From Candidatus Hermodarchaeota archaeon (GTDB taxonomy: Archaea; Asgardarchaeota; Lokiarchaeia; Sigyniarchaeales; SOKP01), in NCBI GenBank assembly GCA_048885925.1, contig JBHLLG010000064.1, positions 1 through 15,199 of the forward strand: DNA of 15,199 nucleotides, given 5' to 3'. Both the position numbers and the translations under genes were made by a program. Under the pieces are notes generated by a model. That model ran no database searches and was not told where the DNA came from. It was given only the letters and a program-made list of their open reading frames with translations. Positions 7,264-14,704 of the stretch are shown here, piece after piece; position 1 is the stretch's first letter; every line of letters starts with the position of its first letter.

Positions 7264-7272
7264 TTTTTTTTT
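7264..7272 (+). terminator. Oligo-T archaeal terminator candidate
   Basis: T9 run 16 nt downstream of the permease stop. Confidence 0.55.
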
Positions 7273-7298
7273 AGTTTATTCTTAGAATAATAGTCTAA

Positions 7299-7314
7299 GA
7301 GCAAAATTTTAAAA
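7299..7314 (+). promoter_or_regulatory. Candidate BRE+TATA for guaB
   Basis: GAGCAAAA-TTTTAAAA about 55 nt upstream of the proposed start, leaving room for a short leader containing the GGTGA RBS (7359-7363). Confidence 0.45.
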
Positions 7315-7369
7315 GCTTAGTTTTCTTTATTATTAAAATTCAATTATTGATAAAAATCGGTGATTAATT

Positions 7370-8845
7370 ATTTCACGATACTATAGAAATAAAATACATG
7401 AAAAAGAACTGATTGCGACTTTTGATGACGTTCTGATACTCCCTGGATTCACAGATTTTAGCCCTATTGAAGTAGATTTATCGTCGAAATTAGGAAATTA
7501 CTATTTTCCTCTTCCTATAATGTCTTCCGCGATGGATACAGTAACCGAGGAATTGATGGCTATCAATATGGCTTTACATGGGGGACTTGGTGTTTTACAT
7601 CGTAATTGTTCTTATGAAAGGCAGTTAGAAATGTGTAGAATTGTAAAAAGAGCGCGTAGTTTTGTAATTGATGATGAACATGTTGCAACAATCAATCCAA
7701 ATGCAGGTGTCTCTAAGGCAAAGTATATGATGGAAAATTTTAATATTAGTGGTATTGTCGTTACCAATGAAGATAAGAAAGTATGTGGGATTTTTACTAA
7801 AAGAGATATTCCTTTCTTTGAACATGACATACAAAATGGTAAAGTCAAGGATTATATGACTAAAAATATTATTTCTATTAAACCAGGTGCTTCAAGAGAA
7901 GAAGCTTTAAAAATATTATATGAGTCACGTAAGGAAAAATTGCCAATTATAGATGATAAAGGATATCTAAAAGGTTTAATAACAAAAAAAGATTTGGCAC
8001 CAGAATTTCCTTTTGCTTCTAAAGATGAAGAGGGACATTTATTATGTGCTCTTGCTTTATCTCCAAAATTTCCAGAGTCTTCTCAAAACCAAAAATTACT
8101 TAAAGAAATTGATAAATATGTTGATATTTTTTTCATTGATGTAGCAGATTTTTTTAAGAGAGTTGACATACAAGGTACGGAAAAGCTGATGAGATTTTTA
8201 GAATCAGATTTTGTTCTTGGTAATATAGGTACTTATGCGGCGGCAGAATATCTACTTACAAAATGTGATTTTGCGGAAGAAAAGTTTATCGGTTTAAAAG
8301 TTGGTATGGGTTCTGGTTCTATATGTACTACTTCAATACAAACTGGAGTTGGAGCTCCCACTCTCTTTGCAACAGCTCAAGTTGCTGATGCAATACAAGA
8401 TTATAATTCTAAATTATCTCTTATTGCTGATGGAGGTTTCAAAAATCCCGGTGATTTACCAAAAGCGTTTGCCAGTGGTGCTGATCTTATTATGTCTGGA
8501 CATTTTTTCGCAGGTACAGATGAATCTCCTGGATTTATAGATACGATTGCAGGGAGAAAAGTAAAAGTATATAGAGGTATGGGAAGTAAAGAAGCAAGAA
8601 CTTCTGGTTATATCTCAGATCGTTATATAGAAGGATCAAAAATACTAACAGAGGGTGTATCTAATTACGTTCCTTATGTAGGAGACGTAGCTGGAGTTTT
8701 AGAGACATTAAGAGAAGGTTTAGCTAACGGAATGATTTATGCGGGCGCAAAATCTATTAAAGATATGAAGAAAGCCTCACTAGGAATCGTTTCTATTGTA
8801 GGTCAAAGAGAAACTCAGCCGCATGACCTTATTGGTAAGTTTTAA
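7370..8845 (+). CDS. guaB: Inosine-5'-monophosphate dehydrogenase with CBS pair; extended 5' to a probable ATT start (ORF track starts at 7520)
   Basis: The frame upstream of 7520 encodes the conserved IMPDH N-terminus (IATFDDVLILPGFTDFSPIEVDLSSKL...LPIMSSAMDTVT). Also present are the catalytic loop GSGSICTT, IADGG, YRGMGS, the flap RY dyad (SDRY), EGV and two CBS domains. 491 aa from 7370. Confidence 0.93.
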   Translation: MSRYYRNKIHEKELIATFDDVLILPGFTDFSPIEVDLSSKLGNYYFPLPIMSSAMDTVTEELMAINMALHGGLGVLHRNCSYERQLEMCRIVKRARSFVIDDEHVATINPNAGVSKAKYMMENFNISGIVVTNEDKKVCGIFTKRDIPFFEHDIQNGKVKDYMTKNIISIKPGASREEALKILYESRKEKLPIIDDKGYLKGLITKKDLAPEFPFASKDEEGHLLCALALSPKFPESSQNQKLLKEIDKYVDIFFIDVADFFKRVDIQGTEKLMRFLESDFVLGNIGTYAAAEYLLTKCDFAEEKFIGLKVGMGSGSICTTSIQTGVGAPTLFATAQVADAIQDYNSKLSLIADGGFKNPGDLPKAFASGADLIMSGHFFAGTDESPGFIDTIAGRKVKVYRGMGSKEARTSGYISDRYIEGSKILTEGVSNYVPYVGDVAGVLETLREGLANGMIYAGAKSIKDMKKASLGIVSIVGQRETQPHDLIGKF

Positions 8846-9022
8846 AATATCTAGCTGGAAAAAATGCTTTAAAAATTAGTAAAAAAATAATTTAATCCAA
8901 TTTGATTAATGTTCTTTTTACACTTATTAATTTCACATTAAATACTTTTTAAGATCAGTAAAATTTAGTTTGAAATTATAATTAATATTATTATCAACTA
9001 AAAGAAATTATAATGAGTTTTC

Positions 9023-10627
9023 ATGAAGAAAATTGAAAGAGCAATTGTTAGTGTGTCTGATAAAACTGGGATTTTAGATTTTGTAAAAGTATTAAAAAAT
9101 GAATTTGGGGTTGAAATTTTAGCATCGGGAGGCACAGGAGAGTTATTAGCTAAAAATGGAATTAAATTCATAAATATTTCGGACTTTACAGATTCTCCCG
9201 AAATGTTTGATGGACGAATTAAAACCCTCCATCCAAAAATTGAAGGAGGAATTCTTTATCGTAGAAATTATCGATCAGATGTGGAAGAAGCACATCTTTA
9301 TGATATTAAACCTATAGATATGGTCGTTTGTAATTTATATCAATTTAAAGAAGCAATTGAGAGGCCAGGTATTAGACTTGAAGATGCTCTTGAACTCATT
9401 GATATTGGAGGTCCAACAATGATTCGAGCTGCTGCAAAGAATTTTCCTGATGTAATAGTAGTCCCAAGTCCTGATTATTATGAAGAGATTATTAAAGAGT
9501 TAAGAAAGTATAAAGGAGCTATTACAGAAAAAACAAGATTGATTTTAGCTCAAGAGGTATTTAGTATAATGGCTGATTATAATGCTGCTATCGCAAACTT
9601 TTTACAAAAATACTATACTCCAGAAGCGATCTTTCCTAATACCTTTATAAAAATATATGAAAAAGTACAAGACTGCCGATATGGAGAAAATTGGGATCAA
9701 GCAGCTGCATATTTTAAAGATAGCTCCTCAAAATTAGGACTTCATAATCTTAATCAAGTAAGTGGAAGGCAACTCTCCTTTAATAATTATTTAGATATTG
9801 ATTCTTGTATGCAAATGCTCCTGGATTTTGGCACTGAACATTATGTCACAACTATTCTAAAACATACAAGTCCTAATGGTGTAGCGATTGATAAAAAAGA
9901 TCAATTGGAATCAATAAAGTATGCTTATAGCACAGATCCTTTATCTGCATTCGGGGGCATTTGGGGTGTTAACAAAGAATTAACCAAAGAAGTGGCAGAT
10001 TTTATTATAAATGAAAAAAAAATATTTCTTGAAGTTTTAATGGCTCCTTCATTCGAAAATGATGCCTTAGAAATCTTAAAGCAAAAAAGAAATTTAATCC
10101 TCATAGAATTTAATGATTTTCTTAAAAAAAGAACAGAAATTTATAAAAATCTTGAAATAAAAGGAGTATTGGGGGGTATGCTTGTTCAAGAATATGATAA
10201 TAAACCAGTAATAAAAGAATGGAACGTAGTTAGCAAAAGAAATGTGAATGAAGTTGAAAAAGAAGCTTTAATTTTTGCCTATAAAGTTTCAAAATGGGCT
10301 AAGTCTAATTCAGCATGCTTTGTTCAGGTATACGATAATGGAATTTATACAATAGGAATAGGTGCAGGACAGCAGAGTCGAGTTCAAGTAGTAAAATTAG
10401 CTTTTCAAAAAGCAATTGATTTTGGTCATAAAGATGAATTGAAAAATTCATTTATGGGAACAGATTCCTTCTTTCCATTCCCTGACGGATTAGAAGTAGC
10501 TGTTGAAGCTGGAACGAAAGCTATTATAAATCCGGGGGGTTCTATTAGAGATCAAGATGTCATTAAGCGAGCAGATGAATTAAACTGTGCTTTAGTGTTT
10601 TGCGGTAAAAGAGTTTTTCGACATTAA
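9023..10627 (+). CDS. purH: Bifunctional AICAR transformylase / IMP cyclohydrolase
   Basis: Motifs RAIVSVSDKTG, GRIKTLHP, IDIGGPTMIRAAAKN, RYGEN, catalytic KH, DPLSAFGG, KSN, GAGQxSR, DSFFPF, PGGSIRD and C-terminal FRH. Confidence 0.97.
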   Translation: MKKIERAIVSVSDKTGILDFVKVLKNEFGVEILASGGTGELLAKNGIKFINISDFTDSPEMFDGRIKTLHPKIEGGILYRRNYRSDVEEAHLYDIKPIDMVVCNLYQFKEAIERPGIRLEDALELIDIGGPTMIRAAAKNFPDVIVVPSPDYYEEIIKELRKYKGAITEKTRLILAQEVFSIMADYNAAIANFLQKYYTPEAIFPNTFIKIYEKVQDCRYGENWDQAAAYFKDSSSKLGLHNLNQVSGRQLSFNNYLDIDSCMQMLLDFGTEHYVTTILKHTSPNGVAIDKKDQLESIKYAYSTDPLSAFGGIWGVNKELTKEVADFIINEKKIFLEVLMAPSFENDALEILKQKRNLILIEFNDFLKKRTEIYKNLEIKGVLGGMLVQEYDNKPVIKEWNVVSKRNVNEVEKEALIFAYKVSKWAKSNSACFVQVYDNGIYTIGIGAGQQSRVQVVKLAFQKAIDFGHKDELKNSFMGTDSFFPFPDGLEVAVEAGTKAIINPGGSIRDQDVIKRADELNCALVFCGKRVFRH

Positions 10628-10715
10628 ATTTTCTTTAAAACTATATAACATTAGACCGAAAATTACTTCATATTTTTATTAATTTCTGCTTTTCAAAATA
10701 AAAGGAATTTTTTAT

Positions 10716-10731
10716 GAAGAAACTTTATATA
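10716..10731 (+). promoter_or_regulatory. Candidate BRE+TATA for the small wHTH gene
   Basis: GAAGAAAC-TTTATATA, nearly identical to GAAGAATA-TTTATATA at 5394-5409. Confidence 0.5.
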
Positions 10732-10841
10732 GTTCTCGACATAATTTTATTATACTAAAAAAATCAATTTAACTTTTTAAATTAATAATTTAATTGAGGA
10801 GAGTATATCTAAATATACTTTAAGAGGGAGCTCTTTTAAAA

Positions 10842-11123
10842 ATGGATTTTTTTATTAAAAATTTGAAAGATACTGTTGAAGCGATAAATAAGTTAATAGA
10901 AAATAATGTATCCTTAGTAAATACAAAGAGAATAAGAAGATGTTGTAATATCAAATCTTCAAATCGTTCTAAGATTAATTTTATTTGGAGAGCTCTAAAA
11001 TATCTTGAAGAAGAAGGAATTTTAAATTTAAATGGGATAACCAATCCTAAAACTTATAAAATAATGGCAAATGAACAAATTGATGTGGATGAGTTCCTTA
11101 ATTCAATTAAAAAAAAAAAGTAA
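10842..11123 (+). CDS. Small basic winged-helix DNA-binding protein (93 aa)
   Basis: Helix-turn-helix then FIWRALKYLEEEGILNL plus a wing (PKTYKI) match a wHTH pattern. K/R-rich. Confidence 0.78.
   Translation: MDFFIKNLKDTVEAINKLIENNVSLVNTKRIRRCCNIKSSNRSKINFIWRALKYLEEEGILNLNGITNPKTYKIMANEQIDVDEFLNSIKKKK
11109..11119 (-). terminator. Oligo-T terminator candidate for the 912-aa gene, embedded in the 3' end of the convergent wHTH gene
   Basis: A11 on the + strand equals T11 on the - strand, 10 nt past the stop at 11130. The same bases encode the KKKK tail of 10842..11123. Confidence 0.45.
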
Positions 11124-11129
11124 TATAAA

Positions 11130-13868
11130 TTAAACTAAATTCAATTCTGCCAACAGCTCATTCAATTTATTATTAGATTCTTCATCCTTTGGATTGTTAA
11201 TTAAACGTTTTTGATAAAAAATTATATTTGGATATTTAAGTTCTAATTTGTTAAATAATTTAATCCACCCATTGAATTTATCCATTAGCTCAAAAACTTC
11301 AGGATCTTCCTCTAAAGACTTTACTTCTTCTTGTTTTTCTTTTATAAAATGATTCTTATGCTTCCTTACACTTACTCCTTGTTCTCTTAATAATTTTTTA
11401 TTCATTTTTCTGATAAATGCTTCTAAACCACTTCTCCAATTAATATATTTTTCATTAATTCGGTCTATAATTTCTTGAATGACTTTTATTTCTTGAGGAT
11501 AGATCGTTTCTTGTTTCTTAATTAATATCTTCTTTATTTTTTGAAATTCAGTTTCAAACATCTTAGTGTGATTATTGACCATTTTTTCAAACTCAAAAAC
11601 AATTGTATTATAATCCTTAGCAAATATTACATCATCACTAGAAAAAGTTAAAGTTTCTTCATCAAAAGTTCCTTTTATTTTACGATCTTTTATTAAATCA
11701 TCAAAAATCTCTCTTAATAATTCAATCTCTGTTTGATTTAACTCTTTTCCATAAAATAAATCATGAAAAGAAAACAAAAAACTGTTTTCGATCATTAACT
11801 TACGAATTCCTCGTTCAGTATAAAAAAAACCTTCTCCGTTATTTTCATAAAAGATTCCCTTCATTTTTCCATCAATAATTAAATCATTAATCAAGTCTTT
11901 AATCAATTTTGATTGAAGATCATAAGTTCCTATAGAAATAAACTCATTAGATTTAGATTTATCAATTAGCATATGCTTAATCTCGTTCTTAGCTTCTTCT
12001 ATTTTGGTTGGATTAAAAATTAACAAATCCGCTTTCTTAAAATAAGAGATATTTAGATCATCAATAAATTTCAAAAAAGAATCAATTTCCATACCTGTTT
12101 TTTCAAGGTATTCATTTATTCTTATTTGGTCTTTTTGTTTTATTTCTTCTGCAATTAATTGTAAATTCTCGTCAATTTTGGTGAGAATATGATTCTTATC
12201 TATATTAAGATCATTAGAGATCTTATTAATTTGTTTTGATTTATCTATTTCATTAACAAGTACATTTATTTCATTTATTCTATCTTTTACATATTTAGAA
12301 TAATAGAAAACCGTTTTTGTTTTATCCCAAATTCCACTCCTAAGATCCACAAACTGATCAAATACATCTAATAAAAGAAGTTGTCCGATATTGAGCTTTT
12401 CTGAAATCTTAGAAATATCGAAATAACCTACAATTTTAGAGTTTTGAACTTCATTGGTAATTTTTTGTATGCCTAAGTTAGTTAACCATTGAGTTCCTTT
12501 ATGGAAATCCGATAAATATTCTTTTGGTAAACGTTTTATTAATTTAATGAAATCTTCCTCTGTTAAAATATCTCGATATGATTTTAAATCTATGATAGTA
12601 TTCTTTGCGGCATCAATATTTATTTCATTTTGAATTTTTTTTAAAGAAAAATATAAAACATTATCTTTACTCTTTAAGAATTTTTGATTAGTATATTCAG
12701 AAATATCATTAATCGACTTTTCAATAAATTTTCTTGGAATAAAATTAAATTTTTCAACATTAAGAGATCCATGTTCTTGTAAATCTTCTAAAAATTTTGA
12801 CTTTATATAACCATAAGGATAAAAGAATCCTGTATCTGAATAATAACCTTTAACAATTTTTAATTTAATTAATGTTTTGATGAATCTCTTCAATTCAGAA
12901 TCATTATCTATGATATTGGAGAACATCTTGCTGATTTTTTCGTTAGATATTTTTATTTCGGTTTCAAAAAATTTGTGTAATTTACTTTTTTCTAATTCAT
13001 AAATGAAAATTACATTATCCTTTGTTTTCATATAAAAATAGACTTTTTTATCCTTTAGATTAGATTTAGCAAATTTTTTCATATAATCTTTTAAAATTAT
13101 ATCTGAATTCTTACTTATAGAAGTAAAATTATGCTTTTTCATTAAAAATTGATCTTCTATTGAAAAATTTATTTTTTCCGAATCTTGATTTTCCCAATCT
13201 AGATTTTCGAATGATGGAAAATATTTTTTTATTATTAATTTCAATTTAGTATAAATTTCAGATACTTTAGTGTCTTGAAAAGCAGATATTATTGATTTTG
13301 AAACATCTCTAAAATTATATAGTTGATCAAATTCCAATTCATCACAAAATTCAAGTAATTCTAATAAGGAAATTATATTATAATCATTTTTTTCTATTGA
13401 AAAACTCATTAGTACATTATCAACTAAGGAATATGATAAATTTGGGTTTGATTTTACTAGTTCTAACAAGAAATAATGAATATTATTTCTGATGTCATTA
13501 GATTCATTTGTAAGAAATTTAGTGAATTCATGGAAATATACGTCAATATATTTTGAATTTGCTAACATTGCAAATCCAATTATGATTAATGAATTTATTT
13601 GTAACTTCTGATTATCAGAATGAAGAAAAAGACCAATCTTTTGAATTAATTGTTCAGAAATAAGTTCCAACCTATTTTCTGCCAGAATGCTTAAAATATA
13701 TGTAATAGGTACTATATCTTTACGTTGATCTAAGAGATTTTCTAATTCTTTGATGGCTTTTTGTATTTTATCACTTTTGTTTTTAATTAGATACTTGTTA
13801 AGCTTTTCTACTTTCTCAAGAATGGGACTATTCTCAAATTCATCAAGATTAAACATATATATTAGCAT
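11130..13868 (-). CDS. Large protein: N-terminal HEAT/ARM-like repeats, tandem winged-helix (PCI/UFL1/DDRGK1-like) repeats, C-terminal coiled-coil
   Basis: HEAT-like segments (LHSDNQKLQINSLIIIG; FLTNESNDIRNNIHYFLLELVKSNP) and three PCI-type WH ends (LIKLKIVKGYYS; LIIDGKMKGIFY; LIKDRKIKGTFD). The CDS itself is certain; the domain call is by eye. Confidence 0.8.
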   Translation of the reverse strand: MLIYMFNLDEFENSPILEKVEKLNKYLIKNKSDKIQKAIKELENLLDQRKDIVPITYILSILAENRLELISEQLIQKIGLFLHSDNQKLQINSLIIIGFAMLANSKYIDVYFHEFTKFLTNESNDIRNNIHYFLLELVKSNPNLSYSLVDNVLMSFSIEKNDYNIISLLELLEFCDELEFDQLYNFRDVSKSIISAFQDTKVSEIYTKLKLIIKKYFPSFENLDWENQDSEKINFSIEDQFLMKKHNFTSISKNSDIILKDYMKKFAKSNLKDKKVYFYMKTKDNVIFIYELEKSKLHKFFETEIKISNEKISKMFSNIIDNDSELKRFIKTLIKLKIVKGYYSDTGFFYPYGYIKSKFLEDLQEHGSLNVEKFNFIPRKFIEKSINDISEYTNQKFLKSKDNVLYFSLKKIQNEINIDAAKNTIIDLKSYRDILTEEDFIKLIKRLPKEYLSDFHKGTQWLTNLGIQKITNEVQNSKIVGYFDISKISEKLNIGQLLLLDVFDQFVDLRSGIWDKTKTVFYYSKYVKDRINEINVLVNEIDKSKQINKISNDLNIDKNHILTKIDENLQLIAEEIKQKDQIRINEYLEKTGMEIDSFLKFIDDLNISYFKKADLLIFNPTKIEEAKNEIKHMLIDKSKSNEFISIGTYDLQSKLIKDLINDLIIDGKMKGIFYENNGEGFFYTERGIRKLMIENSFLFSFHDLFYGKELNQTEIELLREIFDDLIKDRKIKGTFDEETLTFSSDDVIFAKDYNTIVFEFEKMVNNHTKMFETEFQKIKKILIKKQETIYPQEIKVIQEIIDRINEKYINWRSGLEAFIRKMNKKLLREQGVSVRKHKNHFIKEKQEEVKSLEEDPEVFELMDKFNGWIKLFNKLELKYPNIIFYQKRLINNPKDEESNNKLNELLAELNLV

Positions 13869-13875
13869 AGAGTAT

Positions 13876-14601
13876 TTAGTTCAATAAGAATTTTTTGAAT
13901 TCTTCAATTTCTAAAAGATATTTAATCTCTGGAATTAAATAAGTAGGATTAGATTTCTCTAAATCTTTTTTTGTTCCATGACCAGACAATAAAGCAATAC
14001 TCTTGACCTCTGCATTCCTAGCGCATTCAATATCAGCCGGAAGATCACCAATATAATATACATTCTTCTTACTTATTGAAAAATTGAACTTTTTTTTAAT
14101 TTTTATTAACGCTACTATAATTGGAAAAGGGTTTGGCTTCCTAAAAGGCGTATCATTGCGAGAAATAAAAATAGAAAAATATTTATCCAAATTTAATTTT
14201 TCTCGAAAATAAATTAGTCTTTTTTTACTTGTATTTGAAACAATTCCCAAAATAATACCGGATTTTTTAAATTGGATTAGAATTTCTTCTAAATTTGGTT
14301 TTAAACATTCATACTTTTCATATTTTGGGTATGTATCTCTAAACTTTACGAAAAAAAGATTTCTCCTCCAAATACTAGGGATAAAGTTCTTGTATGCTTT
14401 ATTTATTCTCCTTAAAGCTACTAATCTATTTTTTGAATCTGATTCTTCAAAAAGTCTCGCCAGATCAATCAATCTTAAGTTTTTTGTATTTTGCCACTTA
14501 TAAAATTTCTTTTTCAAATAAAACAATGCGGTAAATTCTAGAGCTTTCTGAGTTATTATAACACCATCAAAATCAAATAAAATTATTGGTGGGTGCGACA
14601 T
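13876..14601 (-). CDS. HAD-superfamily hydrolase (phosphoglycolate phosphatase/Gph-like)
   Basis: Motif I FDFDGVI, motif II VSNT, motif III RKPNP and motif IV IGDLPAD. It ends 7 nt before the start of the 912-aa gene. Confidence 0.92.
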   Translation of the reverse strand: MSHPPIILFDFDGVIITQKALEFTALFYLKKKFYKWQNTKNLRLIDLARLFEESDSKNRLVALRRINKAYKNFIPSIWRRNLFFVKFRDTYPKYEKYECLKPNLEEILIQFKKSGIILGIVSNTSKKRLIYFREKLNLDKYFSIFISRNDTPFRKPNPFPIIVALIKIKKKFNFSISKKNVYYIGDLPADIECARNAEVKSIALLSGHGTKKDLEKSNPTYLIPEIKYLLEIEEFKKFLLN

Positions 14602-14704
14602 TAGTGTAATTAAAAATAAGATTTATAACTTAAACTTATCCATATTTATTTTATTGTAGTAAAAATAAAAATTTTAAAAAAAAGTAAAAATTATATTTGT
14701 GATT

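Noticed and set aside
7398-7412. ATG AAA AAG AAC TGA as the guaB start via a -1 frameshift
   Set aside because: G_AAA_AAG is not a full X_XXY_YYZ slippery heptamer, there is no RBS in front of it and no clear stimulatory structure. GGTGA-N6-ATT explains the N-terminus more simply.
7520-7522. ORF-track start for guaB
   Set aside because: It would delete the conserved TFDDVL N-terminal segment that is encoded in frame upstream.
7612-7848. Minus-strand ORFs 7612..7848 and 7625..7834
   Set aside because: Antisense shadows of guaB.
8301-8540. 79-aa plus-strand alternative-frame ORF
   Set aside because: Off-frame within the catalytic region of guaB, Leu-rich with no motif.
7370-8845. GMP reductase (guaC) as an alternative call
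   Set aside because: The flap RY dyad, the CBS pair and adjacency to purH favour IMPDH.
8846-9022. Possible ZMP/ZTP or purine riboswitch upstream of purH
   Set aside because: The region is extremely AT-rich with no GC-paired stems or recognisable conserved riboswitch nucleotides.
10820-11044. 74-aa minus-strand ORF
   Set aside because: Antisense to the wHTH gene, which has the better protein pattern and promoter.
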